A DNA stretch of 48,227 bases from Clostridia bacterium. Its GTDB lineage: Bacteria; Bacillota; Sulfobacillia; SLMV01. Made by a program: the position numbers and the translations under genes. Within the stretch, counting starts at the first letter, position 1; every line of letters begins with the position of its first letter. Positions 19,110 to 28,264 of the stretch are shown piece after piece. The stretch spans positions 1-48,227 of the forward strand of contig PXCI01000001.1 of the NCBI GenBank assembly GCA_003566675.1, read 5' to 3'. The notes beneath the pieces were generated by a model. It saw nothing but the letters and a program-made list of their open reading frames with translations. It ran no database searches and was not told the DNA's origin.

Positions 19110-21821
19110 TCAGGTCTCAACAACCAACCGTCTACCGGTGATACCCAGCAAAACTCGCTCTGCAACGGGACCTACCACGGCCGCCCCTGCACAGATCAAA
19201 AGCGCCGTGACATCCAGGGGCACCAGGCGCATGATCCCCGCCAGGGCCGGAACATACAGGACTGCCAGCAGGATGCCAAAAGATGACAGCACCGCAACAG
19301 CCAACCCGGGATTTGTGGCCAGGATGGTCCCGGTCGTGCCGCCCATGTAGTGGGTCTCGCAGGCGTGGATGAGCTGGGAGAGCACAATGGTCACCAGCGC
19401 AACGGTCCGGGCCTGTTCCAGGGGACTGCCCGCGGCGATAAACAAGGCGTAGTTCGCCATACTAACGAGTCCGATCAAAAGACCACGGCCCATGATCCTG
19501 CTGCCCAGCGCCCCGCTGAAGACACTCGCCCTCACGTTCCGAGGGGGGGCGTTCATCAGGCTGGCATCCGAGGGTTCCATCCCAAGGGCCATGGCCGGCA
19601 GTCCATCCGTCACCAGGTTCACCAGCAATATCTGCGTGGGCAAAAGGGGATGGGGCAGGTTGACCAGGGTCGCCGCCAGCATAAGCAGAAGTTCGCCGAT
19701 GTTGCACGAGAGCAGGTAATAAATGAACTTCCGAATGTTGCGAAACACGCCCCGTCCCTCGCGAATGGCTGCCACGATGCTGGCGAAATTGTCATCCAGC
19801 AAGATCAGGTCCGCGACCTTCCGGGTCACGTCCGTCCCCGTCAATCCCATTGCCACGCCGATGTGGGCCTCCTTCAACGCCGGGGCGTCGTTGACGCCAT
19901 CACCGGTCATCACCACGACATGCCCGGCATCCCTGAGTGCGCGTACGATCCGCAGCTTCTGCCCGGGTGTCACCCGGGCAAAAACCCGGTGTTTTCTGAC
20001 CATATAACGAAGCTCCGCCCGGTCCGCACGATCCAGGTCGTCCCCGGTTGCGACCGAACCATTCTCCCCGATCATGCCCAGCCTTTGGGCCACGGCCCGT
20101 GCCGTCAGCGGGTGATCCCCGGTGATCATGATGGTGTGAACCCCCGCAGCGGCGCACTCCCGCAGCGCTTCCCGGCCCTCGGGCCGCGGCGGGTCCAACA
20201 ATGCCAGAAAACCCACCAACGTCAGATTCTTGTGCTGCTCGTCGGTGACCCCCTCCCGCAGCTGCCTCGATGACAGGGTCCTTTCTGCCAGGGCCAACAA
20301 TCGATAGCCCCGACCGCTGAGATCCTCCACCACCCCCAACAGGCGCTGCCGCTCTGATCCGGTCAGGGGGCTCACGCCCTTTCTCTGCAATGCCCAGGTC
20401 GAGCTGCACATCTGCATGACGGTCTCCGGGGCACCCTTGACGAGCAGTGATGGAATCTTCTGCCCTTTTTCAACCCTTGTTCCCCACACGGACATGCACC
20501 TGCGCGAGGAAGCAAAGGGAACGGACCCGGCGCGGTTAAAGCTCATAGATGACAGCAGCCTCGCAGGCCCAACCTCGAGCATTTCCTCGGCGGCCTCGAC
20601 CAGGGCGAGATCCGTTGGGTCCCCTGGACGCTCAAAGCCCTCTCCCCCGGTTCCCATCTCGACATCGGAACACCACGCCCCGTATAAAAGGCTCCGCCAG
20701 AACGATTCCGGCCTTCTCCGGCCCGATGCTCCGACGGGCATGTTGCGCCCGCCAATGGAGATGATCTCGAGTTCGAGGTGGTTCGCCGTCAGCGTTCCCG
20801 TTTTGTCAGAACAGATCACGGTCGCACAACCGAGGGTCTCCACGGAGTGGAGATTCCGAACCACCGCTTTCTGGGACGCCATCCTCTGCACCCCCATGGC
20901 CAACGCTACGGTAACCACAGCGGGCAGTCCCTCTGGGATGGCCGCCACAGCCAGGCTGACCCCGGCCAGGAACATATCGTAGGGGGGTTTGCCCCGAAGC
21001 ACTCCCAGGATCACGATCAGAGCCGAGATCAGCAGGCACCCGACGAGCAGAACGTGACCGAGTCGCTCGAGGTTTCGCTGAAGTGGAGGTTGATCGTCCT
21101 CCGCCTCCTCCTCAAGCATGCTGGCGATGGCTCCGAGTTCTGTGTCCAAACCCGTGGCCACCACCACCACCGTCAAGCCCCCGTTCACCACCCCGGTGCC
21201 GTGATAGACCATGTTGCGCCGATCCGTAAGATGGGCATCCTCTGACACTACAGTTTGCCCCTTCCCGACCGGAACCGATTCTCCCGTCAGGATGGCCTCA
21301 TCGCATGCCCCCTCACCGTTTCCGAGCAGCCGGGCGTCGGCTGGCACCTGGTCGCCTGGTGCCAATACGACAATGTCACCTGGTACCAGTTCGCTGCTGT
21401 CCACGAACTTCAGAACACCATCACGGCGGACCTTCACCTTCTGGGACGCCATCTTTGCGAGGGACATCAGGGCCGCTTCCGCCTTGTATTCCTGGAGAAA
21501 ACCCAGGATGGCATTGACCACCACGATCGCAAGGATCACGATTGCCTCGACATGCTCTCCCAGGAAGAAGGCGATGGCGGTTGCCCCGAGCAGCACCAGG
21601 ACCATGAAGTCCTCCCACTGCCGGGCAAAGATCCCCCACAGATCCGGACGATCCCGGGACGGGAGCTCGTTGCAGCCAAAATGGTATCGCCGGTTGCGCA
21701 CGTCATCCTTGCTCAAGCCCTGTTCCGGGTCAACCTCCCAGAACTCGAGAACCTCCTCCTGATCCATCGCGTGGAACTGGGGTGCAGGGGACTTCAGATC
21801 ACTCACTCCCTCGCCGGGCAA
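19110..21821 (-). CDS. yloB: Cation (Ca2+)-translocating P-type IIA ATPase, YloB-like (start uncertain)
   Basis: LTGES, AIPEGL, CSDKTGTLT, KGAPE, ITGD, TGDGVNDAPAL and NLVTDGLP motifs. Confidence 0.95.
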   Translation of the reverse strand: MPGEGVSDLKSPAPQFHAMDQEEVLEFWEVDPEQGLSKDDVRNRRYHFGCNELPSRDRPDLWGIFARQWEDFMVLVLLGATAIAFFLGEHVEAIVILAIVVVNAILGFLQEYKAEAALMSLAKMASQKVKVRRDGVLKFVDSSELVPGDIVVLAPGDQVPADARLLGNGEGACDEAILTGESVPVGKGQTVVSEDAHLTDRRNMVYHGTGVVNGGLTVVVVATGLDTELGAIASMLEEEAEDDQPPLQRNLERLGHVLLVGCLLISALIVILGVLRGKPPYDMFLAGVSLAVAAIPEGLPAVVTVALAMGVQRMASQKAVVRNLHSVETLGCATVICSDKTGTLTANHLELEIISIGGRNMPVGASGRRRPESFWRSLLYGAWCSDVEMGTGGEGFERPGDPTDLALVEAAEEMLEVGPARLLSSMSFNRAGSVPFASSRRCMSVWGTRVEKGQKIPSLLVKGAPETVMQMCSSTWALQRKGVSPLTGSERQRLLGVVEDLSGRGYRLLALAERTLSSRQLREGVTDEQHKNLTLVGFLALLDPPRPEGREALRECAAAGVHTIMITGDHPLTARAVAQRLGMIGENGSVATGDDLDRADRAELRYMVRKHRVFARVTPGQKLRIVRALRDAGHVVVMTGDGVNDAPALKEAHIGVAMGLTGTDVTRKVADLILLDDNFASIVAAIREGRGVFRNIRKFIYYLLSCNIGELLLMLAATLVNLPHPLLPTQILLVNLVTDGLPAMALGMEPSDASLMNAPPRNVRASVFSGALGSRIMGRGLLIGLVSMANYALFIAAGSPLEQARTVALVTIVLSQLIHACETHYMGGTTGTILATNPGLAVAVLSSFGILLAVLYVPALAGIMRLVPLDVTALLICAGAAVVGPVAERVLLGITGRRLVVET

Positions 21822-21920
21822 ACAGCATAGGTCTGCGCCAATACCTATTCAGACCGGATCCATGCTATGAATGACCCAGGCTCCAGCGCCCATCAGCCTG
21901 TCCCTCAGGGGCAAAGAGCA

Positions 21921-22036
21921 TCACTGGTGATTCAGCGCCTCGCGAATGATGACCGCCTGGCTCTGGCGTGTTTCGAACGCATGCAATCTGAGGGCCTCAT
22001 ACTGGTCTTTGTCAATCGGATACGAATGGGATTCAT
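21921..22036 (-). pseudogene. Frameshifted ribbon-helix-helix (CopG/Arc-like) small DNA-binding protein
   Basis: Adding one A at TTG ACA AAG gives MNPIRIRLTKDQYEALRLHAFETRQSQAVIIREALNHQ: alternating beta strand, helix, then an SxxxIIREAL helix. Confidence 0.55.
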
Positions 22037-22322
22037 GTCCCCTGCTGCATATGCTGTACTATCTGAGCATAATCCGGCTGTTGACTGTTTGAAGTTATCT
22101 ACAACCAAAACAGGCGTTCTAGCGTTCTACTTTCATCGGTGCACTACTTTCCAAAGAAAAACAGGACAGGATTGGATGCTTTATATCTAGAAAGAATTGG
22201 TCAAGATAGACTACAGTCTCTAACACGAGAAAGGAAGTCGTTTGAGGAATGAAAGCGAAAAGATCGAAAGGCGCCATGGATTATAACCGGAGTAATGGCT
22301 AATTCGGTGAAAGGAGTGGCTA

Positions 22323-22826
22323 ATGGTACGACGTTTGCGCATAATTGGAATATGCTGCTGGATCATATTGATGTCGTTGATGTTTAGTGGGTGTGGTTCT
22401 TCTGCAGTCTCGTCTTTACCTGACAACGAAGAAATTAAAGCAGCTCAGGACGAAGTACCGTTTACTATCCTTCTCCCCAGGTACCTTCCTGACGGATACA
22501 CTTTCTCCCAAATACAGGTGGTGGGCCCCCCGCCCGGAATACAACAGAAAAACCCAAGGTATACAGCTTCACTAGTCTTCGGCAACGGTGATGAGGGTTA
22601 TCTAGAAATCACCGAATCGAATTTCGCAATACAGATCAGCGATTACACTGATGTCATCGAGCTGTCCGAAACGACTACGGCCGAGTTGAAGGTTTGGGAA
22701 CTCCCTGACGGCAGAACGATGCTCGCATTAGCTTTCAGCAGCAATGAGGTCGGCATCATGGTCAGTGCAGCAGAGTTATCCCAATCAGAAATAATAAAGG
22801 TGGCTGAGTCCCTGTTGAAAGACTAA
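22323..22826 (+). CDS. Lipoprotein with DUF4367-like domain
   Basis: Signal peptide with FSGC lipobox; PFTILLPRYLPDGY and C-terminal LSQSEIIKVAESL patterns; AAGGAG RBS; visibly more AT-rich than the flanks. Confidence 0.75.
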   Translation: MVRRLRIIGICCWIILMSLMFSGCGSSAVSSLPDNEEIKAAQDEVPFTILLPRYLPDGYTFSQIQVVGPPPGIQQKNPRYTASLVFGNGDEGYLEITESNFAIQISDYTDVIELSETTTAELKVWELPDGRTMLALAFSSNEVGIMVSAAELSQSEIIKVAESLLKD

Positions 22827-22895
22827 GGGTACTGGAGGGTCAGACCAACTGGTGCGCAACTGCCGACTCCCCGCCAAAGACGAGGAGATTCTCGC

Positions 22896-23125
22896 ATGTC
22901 AGGAAGGATACTTCTGTTCAAACTGCACGGCTCCCTGAACTGGCCAGTATCAACTGATGGCTCAGTTTCAATCTATGAAAACTGTCGGCCGGTATTTCGC
23001 AAGGGCGGTAACGCTGCTGTTGTGCCACCAGTTCCTCGGAAGAGAGCCCCGGAATGGTTGTTGCCTGCCTGCAACCAAGCCCAGGAACGTCTCGCCGGAT
23101 CGGAGGTCTGGTTGCTATATGCAGG
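22896..23125 (+). pseudogene. Internal fragment of a SIR2-like (SIR2_2) domain
   Basis: LFKLHGSLNW...AVVPPVPRK...AQERLAGSEVW matches the KLHGSxxW / IxPP / AxxxL pattern of SIR2-like proteins; the N-terminal GAGxS and TxNYD parts are absent. Confidence 0.6.
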
Positions 23126-23215
23126 CTGCTGTAGCCAGGAATCACATCCTCGACCTCCGGAAAGGCTGCCCCCCAACTGGAAGACCAGGTGGTGGAGAGC
23201 GGCGTTGAGCTCCAC
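23113..23215 (-). pseudogene. Possible frameshifted fragment of PxpB/KipI (5-oxoprolinase subunit B)
   Basis: VELNAALHHLVFQL in one frame and AFPEVEDVIPGYSSLHI in another resemble the PxpB N-terminal N..V..L...L and VVPxYxSL motifs. Confidence 0.35.
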
Positions 23216-23347
23216 GAGCCGGCATCGGCTACCTGCACCATTTTTGCTTCCTGGATTGCCGTGCGTATATCGATGGTAACCCGGCCAGCGCCGCACCTCG
23301 CGGTTCGGGGTTCCATGGGCCGGCGGATCGATCAAGAGTCGTTCTGT

Positions 23348-23374
23348 GCTGGCTCCCCGGGCTGGGGAGCCAGC
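23348..23374. terminator. 11-bp GC-rich hairpin downstream of the NHL gene
   Basis: GCTGGCTCCCC-gggct-GGGGAGCCAGC; no U tract. Confidence 0.45.
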
Positions 23375-23574
23375 CGTGCTCCAAAATGCTGCCACGCCAT
23401 CCCTCAATTAATCCCGAAACCGAGGTTCTCCGTCAGGGATGCCGAAAGACACGGTTCTGCCCGCCTCCTCCCACTGCCCCGTTCCCAACCGTACCCCATT
23501 CATGGACGGGTCATAGCAATGCGTCCCAGGAAAGGCACTGGCATCCTCGAATTCTGGGGCAGTCAACGTACGTG

Positions 23575-24990
23575 CTACGGTGCCTCAACCCTAAACACCA
23601 TCATCTTCCAGTGAATCAGGCCTTCGTCCCGTCGTTCCACCAGGTACAAATCGCCATCCGAGCCGCCCACCGCAATCGCACGGGGATGAGCATATGCACC
23701 GTGACGCTCCATGGTCCAATTGTAGCGCATGCTCAGGAGTTCACCGGCGCTGCTGAACACCTGCACCCGGTTGTTGCCGGTGTCGGTCACGTAAACGCGG
23801 TCCTCACCGTCAACCGCCACCCCCAGGGGGCCGTCAAACGCACCGTCTCCGTCGCCCGAGGTGCCCCACTTGTGCAGGAACTCACCGCTGCTGCTGAACA
23901 CCTGCACCCGGTCGTTACCAGCATCGACCACGAAGACGCGGCCGTCTCCATCGACCGCCACGCCCAGGGGGCCATCGAACTCACCGTCTCCGTCACCCGA
24001 GGTGCCCCACTTGTGCAGGAACTCACCGCTGCTGCTGAACACCTGCACCCGGTTGTTGCCAACCTCGGTCACGTAGACGCGACCTTCACGATCGATGGCT
24101 ATGCCGCTTGGGACATCAAACGCACCATCGCCGGAGCCGGCGGTACCCCACTTGTGCAGGAACTCGCCGCTGCTAGTGAAGACCTGGACCCGGTTGTTGC
24201 CAACCTCGGTCACGTAGATCCGGCCCTCGCGGTCTATGGCTATTGCTGAGGGATTGTGGAACTCACCGTCCCCGCTGCCGTGACCCGGTGGCCTTGGCTC
24301 CAGGCCCCACCAGGCCTCGTCCTGACTTCCTGCATAGGCCAAGATCCCATGATCCCCGTACATGGTGCCGTACGCCAGGTACACATCCCCCTGGGGACTT
24401 ACCGCGATACCTGCAGGGAATCTCACGACATCACCCATGGTCCGCTCTTCGACTAGGACGATCTTCAGGGGCCACGGACCTGTTGTGGGAGCAGGTGCCG
24501 CGGGTGGCGGCGGTTCCCATGGTTCCACGGTCATGGCTCCCAGGGACAAACTCTCTTTATTGAAGTGCCCCTGTACACTGGTCCTTCGTGTCAGGTTAGC
24601 TGAGGCAGACGGAGAGTGGATCACGAACTCAGCATCAAACCGACGCTGGTCGTCCCAGGTCATGCCCCCGTGAACACCATCGATCCCCACCGCGACCCGA
24701 TACTGCCCCTCTTCAACAAAGAACGTGGATGTCCCGGAATCATTGAACCCGTGGGGTGCCTTCAGATCCACGGTGATCTCCACCTCACCGGAGCCCCGAG
24801 TGACCTCGAAATAGAAATACTCGGCCCTTGGTGACGTAGAGCTGATCATCTCACCAGGCTGCTCCTGAAAGCGGAGTTCAAGACTGCGATCAGGTCTTCC
24901 TCCCATCACACAACCCGGAGCCACTACGATCAGGGCAATCAACCATGCAACTGCAATACGTGACCAACCACAACGTGCAGTCCGCATCAT
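23575..24990 (-). CDS. Lipoprotein with C-terminal NHL-repeat six-bladed beta-propeller
   Basis: GGAGAGG RBS before ATG 24990; hydrophobic signal ending APGC; Pro-rich linker; repeats of FxxPxGIAxDxxGRxYVxxxGNNRVQVF. Confidence 0.9.
   Translation of the reverse strand: MMRTARCGWSRIAVAWLIALIVVAPGCVMGGRPDRSLELRFQEQPGEMISSTSPRAEYFYFEVTRGSGEVEITVDLKAPHGFNDSGTSTFFVEEGQYRVAVGIDGVHGGMTWDDQRRFDAEFVIHSPSASANLTRRTSVQGHFNKESLSLGAMTVEPWEPPPPAAPAPTTGPWPLKIVLVEERTMGDVVRFPAGIAVSPQGDVYLAYGTMYGDHGILAYAGSQDEAWWGLEPRPPGHGSGDGEFHNPSAIAIDREGRIYVTEVGNNRVQVFTSSGEFLHKWGTAGSGDGAFDVPSGIAIDREGRVYVTEVGNNRVQVFSSSGEFLHKWGTSGDGDGEFDGPLGVAVDGDGRVFVVDAGNDRVQVFSSSGEFLHKWGTSGDGDGAFDGPLGVAVDGEDRVYVTDTGNNRVQVFSSAGELLSMRYNWTMERHGAYAHPRAIAVGGSDGDLYLVERRDEGLIHWKMMVFRVEAP
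23735..24275. repeat. Four tandem 141-bp coding repeats (47-aa NHL units)
   Basis: GAAcACCTGcACCCGGT recurs at 23755, 23896, 24037 and 24178, an exact 141-bp period. Confidence 0.92.
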
Positions 24991-25725
24991 ACCAATACCT
25001 CTCCAATCCTTCTCAACGCACGTGGCATGGGGCAACCTGGCTCCTGGATCGGGACTCGATGTCTGACTCGAGGCGTTCCGGCACTTCAACGCGTACACCG
25101 GGGTGTGGTGAGCATCCTTGGGAACCGCCACAGGGTCTCCTGTGCGAAACTGGTCCACCCCGGTCTGCAAACAGGGAGCATCATCACTTCTGCAGACTGA
25201 GTGAGAGGTTCGACATCTCTCGGGTCACCGGTCCTGATCGTGTGGCTGCGACACGTTCGAACGGAGAACTTCATCTAGCCGCGTTGCCTGCCTCGGAAGT
25301 CGTTGAGACTGTCTTCTCCTTGTAGAGGCGTAACCCCTTTAATGAGAGCCTCGTCGAACGTCACGGACCCGGCATGAAGTCTGAGCAAGGGGCAAACAAT
25401 GCTGGCGATGACATGTCACGTCAGTAAGAACAGGCAATAGGGCTCAGGCATTGTATCATAGATCAGGTTTCGCAAGTGGTGTTGACCCTACCGTGGCCAT
25501 GCATCCGCGATCGGCTGGTCCATCGGGCCCACAAGATCAGAAGGAAGGTGGCGAATACCAGCACCGATCCACTGCACACTACAACAGCGACTGACGAAGA
25601 AGACAACGGATGACGTCGCCAGGTTTGGACGCTCGGCAGAATGCTGGACGAACTCCATCGAAACAAGGGTCGCTCTTCAATTGGAATGGGTGGACGAGGT
25701 GGTCGGAATAGCCACAACTTGTGCG

Positions 25726-26052
25726 TCAGAGCATCTCATCCAGCTCATCTGCTTCCATGTCCTGGATCACCTTTTGCGACTTCCATGCCCCTATTCAGCA
25801 CCGCATTATTTTCTGGCAGGCTGCCTCACCGACGAGGATATTGCCCATGCACTCATAGGATTTTGAGTCTTTGCTTTTGTAGTGGGTACGGAGGGAGGGT
25901 TTTCCCGCAGGTCGCACATTTCGCTATTCCGGCCAGTAACAGCTGGGAGTATCTCCGCCGTGGATGCACCTTCTGCTTCTCGGTGAGTTTTTTGTGGGCC
26001 TCGTCAAACAGAGGCCCACGGACCGGCTTGGTTGGATATTTGAACCGGACAT
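25726..26052 (-). pseudogene. Relic of a large serine recombinase (end of recombinase domain + zinc ribbon)
   Basis: PLFDEAHKKL...YSQLLLAGIAKCATCGKTL then, after a 4-bp CCTC duplication, RTHYKSKDSKSYECMGNILVGEAAC. This fits the LLxGxxxCxxCG...YxC...C motif of serine integrases. Confidence 0.75.
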
Positions 26053-26150
26053 ATTCACGGAGGCAGTGAGATCATGATAAGAGGCGCAGTATTCACACTC
26101 TTAGGGAACCGGGGGCTTGAGCAAATGGAAAACGGAAGTTCCCAATAGAC

Positions 26151-26196
26151 CTCAAAGTCGCCCCCAGAATGATACGCCTTCTGGGGGAACTCTGAG
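26151..26196. other. Extended imperfect inverted repeat between acr3 and the recombinase relic
   Basis: CTCAaAGTcgCCCCCAGAA-N9-TTCTGGGGGaACTcTGAG; could be the acr3 terminator or a recombination-site remnant. Confidence 0.45.
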
Positions 26197-26325
26197 ACCC
26201 CGAGGCCTGCCCCCGGAAGATCCGCCCAGGTGGCGGCTATCTAGACCCTGATACCACAGGTGATCCCTGGATTAGCCTCCGCGTGCTGACCTCGATCAGA
26301 TCGGCCTCTCGTTCGCTCCAGAGCT

Positions 26326-27402
26326 TTACCTGGCAAACTCACCGGTTCTACCGTTGGGAAACCAGTGCCTGGTACGATTCGCAATACTCACCAGGGTGAG
26401 CATCACCGGAACTTCAACCAGAACCCCCACGACGGTGGCCAGGGCAGCACCGGACTGTATGCCGAACAGAGATACGGCCATGGCCACGGCAAGCTCAAAG
26501 AAGTTGCTAGAGCCAATCATGGCCCCCGGAGCTGCGATGCTGTGCCTGATCTTCCAGAGTCGGGCCCACGTGTAGGCGATGGAGAAAACCAGGAAACTCT
26601 GGATGACCAGCGGCACCGCGATCAGGGCGATGTGCAGGGGATTGCCAAGAATCACGCTTCCCTGGAAGGAAAACAGGATGATAAGGGTGAGCAGCAACCC
26701 ACCCGTGGTCACGTTGCCAAACCGGGGAAGAAATTGCTCTTCAAACCACGCTTCCCCCCGACTGTTAATCAGGACCTTGCGGGAGATGTAGCCGGCGACC
26801 AGGGGGATCACCACGTACAGGAACACCGAGGCCACCACAGTACCCCAGGGAATGATGATGGCACCGATGCCCAGAAGCACAACCACGATGGGAGCATAGG
26901 CGAAAAGCAGCACCACGTTATCCAGGGCCACCTGCACCAGGGTGTAGCCCGGATCACCATCGCTCAGGTAACTCCACACAAAGACCATGGCCGTGCAGGG
27001 AGCAGCTCCCAGCAAGATAGCACCTGCCACGTACTGGGTTCCCAACTCTGCCGGGATCAGGCCGGAGAAAATCACCCTTATGAACAGGTAGCTGAGGCCA
27101 AACATGGTGAAAGGCTTTATCATCCAGTTCATGACCGAAACGAGAAAGAGCGCCTGGGGATGATTCTTCACTTCCCGGATGCTCTCCAGATCGACCTTGA
27201 GCATCATGGGATAGATCATCATCCAGATGAGCACCGCCACCGGTATATTCACCTGGTGAATCTCCCAGATGCTCAGGATATCTGGAATAATGGGCAGGAA
27301 TTGTCCAATCCCCACGCCTATTACGATACAAAGGGCGACCCACAGACTGAGGTATTTTTCGAAAAACCCAAGACCACTCTCCTGTTGCTCTGTTCGTTCC
27401 AC
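26326..27402 (-). CDS. acr3: ACR3 family arsenite efflux transporter
   Basis: FFEKYLSLWV, MIYPMM, NWMIKPF, APCTAMVFVW, SNFFELAVA and VGVLVEVPVM motifs. Confidence 0.96.
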   Translation of the reverse strand: MERTEQQESGLGFFEKYLSLWVALCIVIGVGIGQFLPIIPDILSIWEIHQVNIPVAVLIWMMIYPMMLKVDLESIREVKNHPQALFLVSVMNWMIKPFTMFGLSYLFIRVIFSGLIPAELGTQYVAGAILLGAAPCTAMVFVWSYLSDGDPGYTLVQVALDNVVLLFAYAPIVVVLLGIGAIIIPWGTVVASVFLYVVIPLVAGYISRKVLINSRGEAWFEEQFLPRFGNVTTGGLLLTLIILFSFQGSVILGNPLHIALIAVPLVIQSFLVFSIAYTWARLWKIRHSIAAPGAMIGSSNFFELAVAMAVSLFGIQSGAALATVVGVLVEVPVMLTLVSIANRTRHWFPNGRTGEFAR

Positions 27403-27457
27403 GTTACCGCTCCTTCCTCATTCATATCTTTACCCACTAGGCCAGCACAGACAATAC

Positions 27458-27514
27458 ACTATATTGCTATATGCTTATGTACTGACTTTAGTGCACCGTC
27501 CTGCCGTCCGTCAA
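27458..27514 (-). promoter_or_regulatory. sigmaA promoter of acr3 followed by an AT-rich imperfect palindrome (ArsR/SmtB-type operator candidate)
   Basis: TTGACG-N18-TAAAGT, then ACATAAGCATATAGCAATATAGT. Confidence 0.5.
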
Positions 27515-27833
27515 GACCATCCACAACAGCATGCGCGACAAGGATGCCGTTCACCACAGGTTCATTATTGCCCACAGATGGATTGCCCACAATTACGGGA
27601 GACACATCATGGTAAGAATTGGCATAATAAGGAGTGTTTGAGAGCCCGGGCCATTTAGATGTCTTTATGGGATGGGTGAACGTAATCACGGGGAAACTTC
27701 CGGTTGCGCAGACGGAAACCCTCGGGGCGCTCCACCTGTCCCCCGTCCCGTGCCTCGGTGCCAACAGAATCTCAACGGCGTCCTGCCCACACGTCATCCA
27801 TGAGAAGGAGGGTATGATGCCAGATCGGATGAC

Positions 27834-27923
27834 ATGAGCGAACTCATCGGGATAGTTAGCCAGGCACTTGTCGCTCTATTGTTTGTGTGGTTTGCTCTGA
27901 CCATGCTGGCCAGTCGCTGTTGA
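27834..27923 (+). CDS. 29-aa hydrophobic peptide, or the 5' part of a decayed membrane-protein gene
   Basis: MSELIGIVSQALVALLFVWFALTMLASRC; ATGA overlap with a mini-ORF (27814-27837) that has an AAGGAGGG RBS. Confidence 0.3.
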   Translation: MSELIGIVSQALVALLFVWFALTMLASRC

Positions 27924-28264
27924 GGTCCCTGCTTCATGAGGCAGTGCCGGGGTCGCAAGCTCAACACGTGATCTTCATATCGGTGTCGGCGTTGCCCTTC
28001 GTCGTCCCCACCATTCTACCCTCACTTCTGGGGTGGATGACCCGCGAGAAGCTAGGGTGGCAACACACAGCGCCCCATCCCACCCTATTCTCAGGCTTGC
28101 AGTCACTCTGCACCCTATTGTTGTCTCGCCAGAGATCCAAGCTGCCAAAAAGGGGAATCGCCGGAGATGGATCCCGCTCGGACTGCAAAGAGAGTCACCC
28201 TCAATCAAAGCCAGTAGCCGTCACTTCATATCATCCGGCAGGGTCCGCCAGGGCAACTTCCCTT

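Noticed and set aside
21867-22190. 107-aa plus-strand ORF
   Set aside because: No RBS or motif, and it lies antisense to the RHH relic.
23735-24275. Regular repeats as a possible CRISPR array
   Set aside because: The 141-bp units are in-frame coding repeats with no unique spacers, and there are no cas genes.
24991-25170. N-terminal extensions in the ORF track (NHL protein; also asp23, rqcH, pyrC, pyrD, pyrF, pyrR)
   Set aside because: Downstream starts with clear RBSs match where the family signatures begin.
25170-25720. Short ORFs between the NHL gene and the recombinase relic
   Set aside because: No RBS or recognisable motif; probably decayed sequence.
25994-26019. Perfect 9-bp inverted repeat GTGGGCCTC/GAGGCCCAC next to a T run
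   Set aside because: The T run is on the wrong side for a terminator on either strand and the repeat lies inside the recombinase relic; no function can be supported.
27567-27591. TTGCCCACA repeats as DnaA boxes or an origin
   Set aside because: Two mismatches to the DnaA box consensus, only two copies and no origin context.
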